DNA from: a virus
IMG/VR virus record: IMGVR_UViG_3300032236_000879
Location: 1 to 64,000 of that record
Reading direction: 5' to 3' (one strand)
Length of the DNA: 64,000 bases
The position numbers were made by a program, and so were the translations under genes. Shown here piece by piece: positions 53,601 to 58,414 of the stretch (position 1 is the first letter of the stretch; each line of letters starts with the position of its first letter). The notes below the pieces were generated by a model that worked only from the letters and a program-made list of their open reading frames with translations, had not been told where the DNA came from and made no database searches.

Positions 53601-55166
53601 GCTACAGCGACCGGAACTAATAGAATAACAGTACTAAGCACGAGCGGATTTATCGCAGGTGCTACTGTTCAGTTCCGTGGTACTTCTTTCGGTGGACTTG
53701 CAACTGATGGTACTATCTATTTTGTGGGAACAATAGTTGATGGAACACACTTTACTATCGTTGATTCTACTAACACAACTGTTCCGCTCTCAAATGCTAC
53801 TGGAACAGTAGAAGTTATCGTCGGTGGTCAGCCTGCAGTACGTGTCATAACTGCAATTCAAACTGGATTCGCAACTAACACCTTAATAAGAATCGATGGA
53901 ACTCAAGGTTCTACTCAATTGAACAACAATACATATTATGTAAGAGTGATTGATCCGTATACATTTGATCTTTATACCCAACCGTTCACTGCGGCATTGA
54001 ATGGTGTTAATTATCCGGTAACTAATGTCTCAAATTATGTGTCTGGTGGATTCATATGGAGACAGGGAACATTCTATCTGATCGACACATATGCAACCGC
54101 AACTACAGCAGCTAACGGACGTATCACTGTAGCTTCGACAGCAAAGTTAGTATACGGCACTCCGGTATACTTTACCCAATCTGGATATCAGAACGGACAG
54201 ACTTTGATGGGAAATCTTGTTCAGGGAACAGAATACTATGTACGTGATATAATTGATGCTACACATTTTACGGTTTCATCAACTAGAGGTGGCCCGATAA
54301 CAACAGTCACCACTGACACTGGATATATCAATGTTACACAGTGGGAACAGGGTAATGTTGACCGTCTATGGGTAACAGTCAATGGTTATCGCGTACCTTC
54401 TTCTAAGCTAAAGCTCAATGCAGTGAATGAAGTCAGCATCTTGACTACTATTAATCCAGGCGATGAAGTTGTGATGACCAGCATGATTCCTAATGCTACA
54501 CCAAATCAAGAAATCTACTTGAACTTTGTTGATGTGTATGGTGCGGGATCAGTATATAGAGCAGGTGCTGAAACTAGAACTTGGTTGACGCAAACCTTAG
54601 GCATTCTAGATACAGTCATGTACGTCAATGATGTTACTTCTTTAACAAAAGAAATAATACAAAATGTAACTGCTCCGACAGAAGTAAACGGATACTATAA
54701 CATTGGATTAACCGTAGATAAGAGAATTCTTACTGGGGTTACAGTACTCAACCATACAAAAAATCTGTATATCAATAGCAGCTATGTGAACGTGATACTT
54801 GTAGATTCTTCTCCTATAGTGCAGATCACTGCAGGCTCTTGGATCAACACAGGTGATCTACTCACCGTTATCACACTTGAAGGTAATACAGTATTCATGA
54901 ACGGTGAACAGATCAGATTTAGTAGCGTAGATTTTGTGACTAATACATTGAGTGGACTAGAGCGAGGCGCGAATGGCACGGGTGCACAACTCATAATTCC
55001 GCAATATACTGAAGTATATGGATTGTTAGATTCGGACAGATTGACTGATGTTGAATATCATCAAGTCTGGAATTCATATGTATATAACACAGTAGATGGT
55101 GACCCTCTACAGATTAGTCAGACTGTTTCTGCTACATTCTTAAGTGCTAGTGAGTATCCTGAATGA
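35664..55166 (+). CDS. giant (6500 aa) virion/baseplate-associated protein with repeated beta-rich modules, FG-GAP-like and Asp-box repeats
   Basis: Single 19.5-kb ORF after gp6 with a late promoter; at least 14 copies of a F.G..GG...G..YYV..I....FT.S module; SxDGxxW repeats at ~50.5-51.7 kb. Confidence 0.8.
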   Translation: MARIRTLNFLPEVFQTPPNAQFLAATLDQLVNSPNVANVQGYVGSKFGTGVNATDAYVPEPTKARVDYQLDPAVVFTKPNETTANDFVTYPGILDAIKLAGGITDDNSKLFTSQFYSWDSFTNLDPLINFNQYYWLPDGPPAVTVAASTIFSKEAFVVTSNTNSYSIVREGSTTSNANPPITLLRGGTYTFAVNQNTRFWIQGAPGISGYSPTQPNQPVRDVYGVTNNGVETGFVTFEVPLKNAQDEFNFPNTVNVDVISTTSFDNINGQFVNSFAGIDGITSLLGLTVAFYNTPQEIAYISSYYGETSYDTNDPALVPPATLSIASCNTSAFTLASGNTSGLVVGGTVTFTGTVFGGVNPGQVYFINSIPSSNSFTIATSLNGPTLTLTAASGSMTANVNQGLYEDGYNANINTTFFTVTYIGDPTNPIIRLVPSGAIPSNTKIVPVYGVEWNNRPFYLDVANNLELIPYISAPLDVLYYQDGTDPNKVGTIHLIESNLNNTIDVDLQILGKKNYTAPNGVVFTNGLKVEFDGDVIPTSYLTGQYYVQGVGTAIELVNVETLVVPEKFSEGEYIAWDVTSWDIGNYDISLDIPVLADYIVIARNAISKNAWARSNRWFHIDVINATAKYNNDPTIVTTYATAANKAARPIIEFYPNLKLFDSGATGVNPVDFIDTTNTDALSTVPGSVAYYPDVQVYSTASATITASPTTPVSAGSFVVGNTYQISTYGTTTDWNAIAGTSYQNYAVGSRFVCVNAGSGNGFAVPLATSTTITVAASALNGTLADYMFIADSTGILPANSQITNISGTTTLTLTVTWAIPQNVVGASGVILYASDTTVNNYGLFPGARVIFAGDSDPNVRNKIYVSNFSVIAPSTTPTITLIVAEDGIIGPDTQTVITRGYTNAGLSYWFDGLYWNQAQQKVYLNQAPKFDVFDANGVSFGDSTVYPSTTFAGSKLFAYGLGTGTKDPVLGFPIRYSSVSNLGDISFDVSLNSDTFNYVYNSNPVTQKVNTGYVYNYTNAATYKRLLGWETAIAPSQQYQILEFNFVPGTTQTSNQFLCDIAPLAPLGPHETGWPRVKVYINNEYQDTNTYTYTTTDTTTTVILNTLPTVKTVIQILILSDQVSKAGYYQIPLNLSNNPFNTDLTVVNTGDIRTQYQDIFINSPIVTGTIFGTNNFRDCGDLVPYGTKIIQNSASLVLPGMSLRNPQYNLFNALQFNSNEYIKYKQLIVDTVQNTDYVQRYTPSQILDDAISQIAAAKSEVNAFFWSDMLPNQNSYISNTYVFNNDLDRSQYPLSHVYNFESANYNGVLVYLTRNIGGILAERQLITGVEYVISTDSPTLTITIPMLQGDNVTIKEYNQTYGSYVPNTPTKLGIYPKFIPGVVLDPNYTIPTYFIQGHDGSYTKLYGDYIPEANVLVDFRDQALLEFEQRVYNNLKLSTETPIKRYEVVPGFFRTSTYTWDQYLQIYSTQFLNWIGQNRIDYKTQYFSRVNEFTYNYTNSTSKVDNNPIVQGYWRGLYEYYYDTTTPNTTPWEMLGFEIMPDWWTSRYGPAPYTSDNGILWGDLEQGLVWNNGEPYINPLVARPGLSKIIPVDSNGNLLSPYKVIVGNYNPSTFNKDWKVGDDAPAELSYRRSSTYPFDLTRIFALTRPAEFYNLCVDLDHYKYNVEFNQYLVDDRSHLVPANIQVYGNGIAKTSYLNWIVDFEKQQGIDSTTELTTSLNNLDVRLVYRLAGYSDKSLLQFYVEKPSPSSTNASLLIPNESYAILLYDNQAFDRIMFSGVIVQQNDSYWTVYGNSQTNAYFQILDPNFNGNWTTLTTENISVKVAQSYSTNVSLVPYGTKFYSTQDLAQFLISYGKYLESKGMVFDAIENGIHVTWQQMVYEYLYWVQTGWSIGSIITLNPAATTMDINQPSAIVQPLTIQQQNFVLNQNLYPIKLNDLCINRDGTLLHMHTLNAGDTMAYAQFNLSNFEHGIVFDNYTLFNDTIYNLITGLYQNRIFVRGQKTAEWNGTVNAWGFILNQTDIHEFNSFTKYTKGEIVKYKNKYWTSLTIIEPSGVFDETKWKQINYSKIQQGMFANPSTRAYESTLYYDAQKANLHQDADLLSFSLIGYRPRDYLALIDLTDTAQVQVYKNMIRNKGTLNALNAFKGANLPQGGIQYDIYENWSILTGTYGGVLNENFVDFRLQQADMTGDPAIVSLTNGNGTAGTMQEVSIYDLYNYGTEITSPDILSTTTATPTQILYPSAGYVNFNDVKMSTYFYSGLPTATDINGKIIPIQNFYVGEFIWMANFKEKWGVFRWKPIGQVTQVRNNQNQTATVTFNTPHGLSKLDPMAIINFATSVDGYYIVTDVVNLYEVIINLSIVGANQTTVQGRGLGFAFESQRVATPSEIETLNLTENEFIKNLVWVDENNDGGWAVYEKSINYLYQNQLQLPESTTYGSAVAYTDTSGYLVGDAGANRVYRYSYNNVSGQSTLTQTVVPYGGSIATSFGSNIAYAKNIYVIGANGPGEDDIGNFIYVINDSIISTDMLKYQNDYIYASAADIAMSDDANWLYVSDIANGLVLAYRRDNITFNAGYFTSGETYIIDSLGTTDFTAIGAIQNKVGIAFIATGPGTGTGVATQASYKLAHIINCADLGLTADSKFGNSLSTNYDGSVLMIGAPDVADTSPVLANWGAAYVYQRAVQTFEAQYSSVPYQPFAFNLAWTPQTNTFLPPQTLTSTTVIGNYIYVNDATYLRINMPVMFIAGSAGAGLNNSGINPYVTYYIADIIENTIALKTSRSTSTIVSLIDGTITCTMYPQYDVNGSTRVYVSVNGKVVQDNNYALAGSTLYYTGNLQVGDIVNVSGTDFFMAQEFNSEYNNRPDVYFGTSVAVTKYGSTVLVGSPYEIDTDGKEGAVYSYTNGGAKYGLVIGTSPCNITSARTLLINGFAVYLPIGNAAVVANAINGSNINNIQAAATADNKIMIQLINSSLAGVDNKLLLTTFDSNLFGELGVELFTNTQIIKCPHQFGPTEFGYKVKTNHANSIVISAPVGTRYEGTVFDFTDDNNLDNDTVFDNNATQFVDTYPNAGAVYMFEYLSNYNENLANPGTWTYAQSTNDISTDYGYNPQYGAALDFNQYNVMIGSPNFQPYTLGGEVIVYNNATGANDWTVYRQSAPVVDINKVQNTQLYSASTNNTLTNLDYIDPLQNKLLGAARENLDFVTGVDPAVYNVSYNAEAGPVWGAPQVGKLWFDTANVRWVNYHQNDVVYNSKYWGEVFPGSDVAVYSWIASFIPPQNYQGPGVPYDVNQFVVNNTMNSSNVVVPVYYFWVRNTNVIFSKTGKTLSDSVVQNYISNPRTSGIPFMAPVLPNTFSIYNSGNFFNADDTVFHIGFANGSSQDIVHNEYSLIRENFADDFLPGFPNTNNAHNESGVHGDIGKEYIYGAPSSLYAKMIDSLAGCTPAGNIVPDPFLPLAVQSGVLVRPSQSFFYDRFAALDNYLSYANSVLINYPIFELREELSFLFTSGTYFNTPDYWSYVDWWATGYNNSTKASVQVAVYADLSTLNVPVGTIAKVNQNGAGKWEVYIQSYTNIWTRIGLQNGTLQFSSSLWDYSAGKLGWSGNFFDTTPFDLYPSEETRSIVRALNEQIYIGDLLIHRNKSLILLFEYIQSETIESQNFLPWLNKTSLVDVAHTIRELLPYEVYKTDDQVFLSGYVNEAKPYRVVIKDFLFKYTKTDVFEGDITDFDLPAIYDSVNQQFVSPQLIYTTDTSSDYEFNTTSQIWQNVNYSQWFQHYGLSVTGQPEFPITILSSYLNRRSTYIIVDNAHGFPTNGIITIGTEQISYSYVDRALNIIGGLTRGVNQTTPVDHIPGEQIIIDLPAVILLDGGRGYANPPKVTAVFDTTKYPAPREDATFEAVLGNGSVVQINVTNPGSGYAVLPDLVIEPALTVYFDNTNINSRFHTINVYAPALQTGDLIQYRPGTGAGAGRLADGQWYYINVLETSTISVIGLYTTYSNAINDQDRVTIFDNGTAAGMSLNLGAKASIITSSAPVRENIVTLRFDRTSYGSKIQDWQADSFYGAYFAGSYYSVDTTSSSSPLLLENTNPDINTITASADGVTFEITSVSNEEQTTWSSYTRSVGSTIAANNAIRLIPQDGNNNPLGAEPNASGTTIGFYVGMPIKFHGTVIGGIVQDQVYYVAQVLNEIDFTISAISGGSVVSLTNSTANYPLYCYTGEVVDTALINVNYPGILTATATSASNNAITVPLTAIGTGGTNGFYPGLTVFFTGTDSQFTAFGNAITANEVYYVNTIIDEQTFTISEFKNPTFTNVLHNVTENNTVYPITANVTQTIGSTDIVVVDSTQDFNLHDPVIFNSMVVSGNPVTTFGGIVSGTVYYVSQIVNGTEMKISQTSTGVTYNLSDQTGTAIATNQSNVVQLTTATGQLTLNVALPVSPGQVNGQKLKFYQTSTQFTGINTGVISNLIKTSVDATIGTVNKIAVGTTTNFYTNMPVQFEVATGGLLTGTTYYVIDYTGNGGITPTLQVVVSATSSTGNKLICKSGTNTGDLYVNMPLIFSGTGLGGIIIGEVYYVKSVVDSTHFTVSLSPGGATLTLANDSGYMLGTGDSYITVSLTPGGSLVSLSTSTTASTLDQIVTATPTFDISYILGGYRAIIANGGTGFAVDNVITISGTAVGGVSPANDIIITVAAVDTNGAITSISLAGNPPDIELSYYVKVVSATGLELYQDSLLSIPVNGKTLPYTGFTSANVTQTSSTGNIITVSSSTAFSINDEVIFTGNVIGNIVLGQPYYVISKPSSTQIRVSQLPNGSPFNPGNATGSCLVTKPGSFAYLPEPFYFQPSIIRYNNRLYECLVSNNDPEFVFGKWQLIDSGARNINAMDRVIGYYQPTANMPGKDLTQLFEGVSYPNPIYYGNAFQPSQQFELDTLLQDQPFYPTGVQLTSVVYNNGEYYAASNLTDYSAVLYSTDNVNWALTKLSSVNVHTTDIIYHNSVYVMTSNNSATPIFRSSNGIDWSTNGYFTPWGADGWSDFNYDMTSLNVAALALNSVTTFNNFWFAAGDSIVSSNDTYVWGKVHSYPSANAVTLYSIASVSIPNFTGLIAVGKGLRLDYSTGTTQLVPTDIISTSTDGLIWQDLASLTDKTFRAVAANTNRITVVGDSGVIYYSTDGINFLGLNEATVTNVDDANNILSLTNTAGLTVGDTIRFTTAFSSILAGTTYFVKSIISPTRITISATLGGATKTLTPYAINSQIIAYKYDPANPNPNALYNIIYANDLWVAIGAAGTIKTSSDGMSWTVRSSGTTHNLNGIIWSGTEFTVVGDNNTVITSTDGITWSGSTIFSVLPSTYDVKGADFQYGYAPEELVAGNVRDDLAMTVVTRPGTNWDAAEYSNVGYNVISIEVAPKTQTQTIYNFDRIVQVPVQVSVQVLDASTMLGTTLSPTQYSVDWVNKNIILNSPISFTPDMQKLRIDIYEVGNGEQLVKASTHNDPIRTNVDTGFNEIYLNCNYSANIFNGSGVIKPGSFDLTVTAVATDSITNSITCDDVSQFSIGQAVTFTGVVFGNLQTNTTYYIKSISMITESITVSLSYDPITGIAGPTTNLTTDTGTMSVNLAYGSDIPWTTPYVVHNGTRLVQGYSSQVTGTSSITNTVITNSTAGMTVGMPVTFSKSVFGVLSPITRYYVASIIDNNNFTVSATPNGSTVTLTDAAGAAYYITNDFAFGLQPNKIQATLIFATDTYTRANDYIAYSVFGESEPAEYGYTVPERQEFVANGTTVAFTLGNYVGGDNPTNAIVEINGIRQSSSKYTISFGTNSVIFATPPANGAIVAVTSYNVTDRQYLNSQYGITGNVGSAFATFVVGQTNNVTGTWDQNSPSAQTWDENSPSIISWDEQQNWLTLSSGTTGVLHVNDPIIFSAPTIGGLVAGQTYYVTQILDTSNFVISATLGGPAVVLTNDTGSMTANANALIVAQITNINNNITSPIADTVATATATGTNRITVLSTSGFIAGATVQFRGTSFGGLATDGTIYFVGTIVDGTHFTIVDSTNTTVPLSNATGTVEVIVGGQPAVRVITAIQTGFATNTLIRIDGTQGSTQLNNNTYYVRVIDPYTFDLYTQPFTAALNGVNYPVTNVSNYVSGGFIWRQGTFYLIDTYATATTAANGRITVASTAKLVYGTPVYFTQSGYQNGQTLMGNLVQGTEYYVRDIIDATHFTVSSTRGGPITTVTTDTGYINVTQWEQGNVDRLWVTVNGYRVPSSKLKLNAVNEVSILTTINPGDEVVMTSMIPNATPNQEIYLNFVDVYGAGSVYRAGAETRTWLTQTLGILDTVMYVNDVTSLTKEIIQNVTAPTEVNGYYNIGLTVDKRILTGVTVLNHTKNLYINSSYVNVILVDSSPIVQITAGSWINTGDLLTVITLEGNTVFMNGEQIRFSSVDFVTNTLSGLERGANGTGAQLIIPQYTEVYGLLDSDRLTDVEYHQVWNSYVYNTVDGDPLQISQTVSATFLSASEYPE

Positions 55167-55213
55167 TAAATAAAAGAACACATTCTTTGAATGTTTAATT
55201 GGAAACGGAATAC

Positions 55214-55966
55214 ATGAGTAATTCAGACGACTTTAGAAAATTGATGACTCTCCTAGAGTCGATTGAACAGGGAAATCAATCCCAGCAGCTGGATGAGATT
55301 TTTGGTATTCCTGATCTTCCGGATTGGGTTCCTGGCAGTAAAGCAAATAAAAAAATGAAAGCTGATGAAAAAGCTAGTGAAGAAAAATATAAGAAAGAAT
55401 CCGAAGAAGTTGATCGTGTTTGGGATAATATTAAGGCAAGAAGCCAATCTATTCCGGTGTGGATGTATTTCTTTTGGCAGCCAAGCCAAACAATGGATTC
55501 ATTAAAAGAAGTTGCTCAAACGACTGGAATCTTAGAACCTTTTTTTGTTGATGCTAGTTATGACCCGGTTAAAGGAACAGGCAAAGCTTCAAATCCGAAT
55601 GCTGATGCATCAGGAATAATAGGTTCAATGTTGGCGGGTATGTTAGCAGTAGGGATAGTACCATCTAGTTATCTTGTATACCAAGGTAAAATATTGAAAA
55701 GTCCCTTAACAGGTCATAGAGCTATTGTTCATAGTCCGGGTATGTTTCCCGGTATGAGTGATTTCGGCAATCTTGATCATCCGGATACTGCAAGTTCAAA
55801 AAATAAGATAATCGATATTGTAAAACGTTGGACAGGACGGGGCGGGCCTCCTAATGGCGGCGGTGAAAGAACAACTGAACCTCAAAAAACTACTGTTGCA
55901 CCTCCGGGCGGACAAGGAAGCAACGTGATTCCCCTTAGACCGGTAGCTAATAGAAGAGCAGCATAA
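55214..55966 (+). CDS. hypothetical protein with shared leader (putative capsid-internal cargo 1)
   Basis: Starts MSNSDDFRKLMTLLESIEQG...QLDEIFG; late promoter at 55165-55172. Confidence 0.7.
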   Translation: MSNSDDFRKLMTLLESIEQGNQSQQLDEIFGIPDLPDWVPGSKANKKMKADEKASEEKYKKESEEVDRVWDNIKARSQSIPVWMYFFWQPSQTMDSLKEVAQTTGILEPFFVDASYDPVKGTGKASNPNADASGIIGSMLAGMLAVGIVPSSYLVYQGKILKSPLTGHRAIVHSPGMFPGMSDFGNLDHPDTASSKNKIIDIVKRWTGRGGPPNGGGERTTEPQKTTVAPPGGQGSNVIPLRPVANRRAA

Positions 55967-55976
55967 AGGACAACAA

Positions 55977-56414
55977 ATGAACTCAGACGACTTTAGAAAA
56001 ATGATGACTCTACTGGAGTCAATTGAAACCCCGACACATCAGATAGATGAAGGCAAAGAACATCATGATGTATCATCAGGTAAATGGGCTGCTAGCGTTC
56101 CTGAAGGTCAGAAAGCACTCAATACTGCTTCAAACATAGTTTATAATAAACCGTTTGAACAACTTGACCCAGCTATTCGAAAAGTATTAGTTGCTGCTAT
56201 AACTGCTGCTGCTACAGTAGAAGAATGGTGGAAAACTGATTGGTTGGGAAACATTAAGGAACATTACTCACAGTTTATGTGTCCTAAACCCGAAGATGTC
56301 ATCAATCGTCTTCGTTCTGAATACCCTGAAATCATTACAGACAACAAACTTAATTCCGCAGTTAAACAAACCGTTAAAGAGTGGCGTAAATATCACCGCA
56401 CCGCGGCTCAATAA
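55977..56414 (+). CDS. hypothetical protein with shared leader (putative cargo 2)
   Basis: MNSDDFRKMMTLLESIETPTHQIDE; AAGGA SD. Confidence 0.7.
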   Translation: MNSDDFRKMMTLLESIETPTHQIDEGKEHHDVSSGKWAASVPEGQKALNTASNIVYNKPFEQLDPAIRKVLVAAITAAATVEEWWKTDWLGNIKEHYSQFMCPKPEDVINRLRSEYPEIITDNKLNSAVKQTVKEWRKYHRTAAQ

Positions 56415-56450
56415 ATCTTTATACACAAATAATGAAAAAAGCAGATAAAA

Positions 56451-57260
56451 ATGAACTCAAATGACTTTAGAAAAATGATGACTCTACTAGAGTCGATTGA
56501 GCAAGGGCGCCCAACACACCAATTAGATGAGATTTTTGGTATATTTGGTCGTGGGGATAAGCAGGGACAACTAGCAGACGAAATCAAGAAAACTGAAATC
56601 ATACTAAATTCAGCCATACAAGCTAAAGAACTTTGGGAAAAGCTTGAAGGAGAAAGCCAATCTGCTCCGATCTGGTTATACTTCACAACAGATCAACACA
56701 CTTCCCCCGGTGTAGTAAGTAATATACGAAGAGCCGCTGCTATCAGTAAATTTAATACCTTTTTCGGAGAGTATTCATTCGCTGACACACCATATCAACA
56801 GACTGATCTTAGAATAAATCTTGAACGTTGGGATAATATAGCTCAACCGTATGATCTTGAATACGGAGGGAATGGATTTTATTATGGTAATGCTGTAAAG
56901 TTAATACAAGTTTATAAGTGTTATAACTTTAACTTTCCTACTAGTTCTATTCTATACAAAGGAAAGGTTATAGAAAGCGGTAATTATTCTGGAGCAGGTA
57001 AGACTACGTTTGTTCATACACCTAAAGCTACTGCTAGTGGTAACCTTCAGGATGAGAATTGGAGAGATAATCCAGACTCTGGACACTCTTTTGAAAGAAT
57101 AGTTGATATTGTGAAACAGTATTGTAATTGGGAAGACGGTCATTCTATTGGTTCCTTCCCACCAGAAGGTGTATCGTTAGCCCCTGATGGTAACGGATTG
57201 GATTGGGGAATCAATCACTTTAGCGAAAAACTAGATGAACTTAGAAAGCAGCGTAGATGA
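56451..57260 (+). CDS. hypothetical protein with shared leader (putative cargo 3; paralogue of cargo 1)
   Basis: MNSNDFRKMMTLLESIEQGRPTHQLDEIFG; body shares SQS.P.W.YF, P.S...Y.GK, VH.P, I.DIVK with cargo 1. Confidence 0.7.
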   Translation: MNSNDFRKMMTLLESIEQGRPTHQLDEIFGIFGRGDKQGQLADEIKKTEIILNSAIQAKELWEKLEGESQSAPIWLYFTTDQHTSPGVVSNIRRAAAISKFNTFFGEYSFADTPYQQTDLRINLERWDNIAQPYDLEYGGNGFYYGNAVKLIQVYKCYNFNFPTSSILYKGKVIESGNYSGAGKTTFVHTPKATASGNLQDENWRDNPDSGHSFERIVDIVKQYCNWEDGHSIGSFPPEGVSLAPDGNGLDWGINHFSEKLDELRKQRR

Positions 57261-57391
57261 AATCGAATAATAAGAACAAAGTCACTCCTAGAAAACCGGA
57301 TGAGGTAGGTGGAATTTATTTTTCTTCTGCTATAAAGATTTTTGATCCAAAGACAGGTGAGATAATTTTACATAAAAGAGGAGACGGATAA
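57257..57391 (+). CDS. 44-aa small protein (absent from the ORF track)
   Basis: ATGA overlap with the upstream gene; MKSNNKNKVTPRKPDEVGGIYFSSAIKIFDPKTGEIILHKRGDG; ends immediately before the next ATG. Confidence 0.6.
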   Translation: MKSNNKNKVTPRKPDEVGGIYFSSAIKIFDPKTGEIILHKRGDG

Positions 57392-57670
57392 ATGCCAAAC
57401 ATTTATCTGACCGAAAACCTATTTAATAAGGCATTTGGAATATTACCATGGCGATATATAGGTAGTGAAAAAAATAATAATGCATTAGTATGGACATTGA
57501 CTACGCCGAACGGTGATATTATAACAGTATCCGGACTTCGTCATTGGGCAAAGAGTAACGGACATAAGTATCAAGATATATATAATAGCAAGAACGGATG
57601 GAATGCGGTAAAGCATGGCTCTGGTCGCGGCGGCGGAAGAAAGAAAAAGGAACATAACAGTGGAATTTAA
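57392..57670 (+). pseudogene. internally deleted GIY-YIG homing endonuclease remnant
   Basis: NIYLTEN...RYIGS N-terminus joined directly to a NUMOD1-like ALVWTLTTPNG C-terminal domain; only 92 aa. Confidence 0.55.
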
Positions 57671-58286
57671 TATAAAGGTGTTTATAAAGGGACACATTAC
57701 TATTACAGATGTTACTGAACCTGACAATCATATTGTTTTAGTTGACAAGGATAACCAAATCAACTATGAAAACATGTCAGAGGCTATTGCAGACTCTCTG
57801 AGCAGCCGTGGCTACGGTCAAATCTATGAAATGGCATTTGGAAACGGTGCGTCGTCTATCGATGAGACCGGGGTGATCACCTATCTTCCTCCGAACACGA
57901 CTGGACAGAATGCTGCTCTCTACAATCAGACATATGCGAAGATTGTAGATGATACGAGCGTATTCAATCTAGACCCAACCCGAAACAAAATGACAGTGCT
58001 CCATAGTGCAGGTAACTTGTACACTGATATTCTAGTACAGTGCTTGCTTGACTACGGTCAGCCTGCAGGACAAGCAGCTTTTGATAATAGCACTTCAGTC
58101 ACATCAGATTATATCTTTGATGAATTAGGATTGCTAGCTAATTACGGTACGGATGCTAACGGTAATACAATCACTAGACTTTTAACTCACGTAGTATTTC
58201 ACCCTGTACAGAAGTCTTTGAATAGACAGATTCAAATAGATTACACTGTGCGGGTGCAGTCACTTACCAATTTGGTGACTATATGA
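57660..58286 (+). CDS. conserved virion/baseplate protein
   Basis: MAFGNG, YIFDELGL, LLTHVVFHPVQKSLNR.IQIDYTVR; likely GTG start at 57660 with an AAGG SD. Confidence 0.7.
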   Translation: MEFNIKVFIKGHITITDVTEPDNHIVLVDKDNQINYENMSEAIADSLSSRGYGQIYEMAFGNGASSIDETGVITYLPPNTTGQNAALYNQTYAKIVDDTSVFNLDPTRNKMTVLHSAGNLYTDILVQCLLDYGQPAGQAAFDNSTSVTSDYIFDELGLLANYGTDANGNTITRLLTHVVFHPVQKSLNRQIQIDYTVRVQSLTNLVTI

Positions 58287-58414
58287 ACGATAAATTCGCC
58301 CCTACCTGGTTGATGATTAAACGCCACATGCATACAGGCGTGCTGTATTTCTGTAAAACTACTAGGGCCGATCCATACAAATATAACGGAGTGCATAAAC
58401 AGTGTCATATGTAA
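58283..58414 (+). pseudogene. N-terminal fragment of a Seg-like GIY-YIG homing endonuclease
   Basis: MNDKFAPTWLMIKRHMHTGVLYFCKTTRADPYKYNG then a stop after 43 aa. Confidence 0.55.

Noticed and set aside
55214-56545. CRISPR-like or attC-like array from the repeated leader DNA
   Set aside because: Repeats are coding, differ at synonymous sites, are not palindromic and are separated by whole ORFs.
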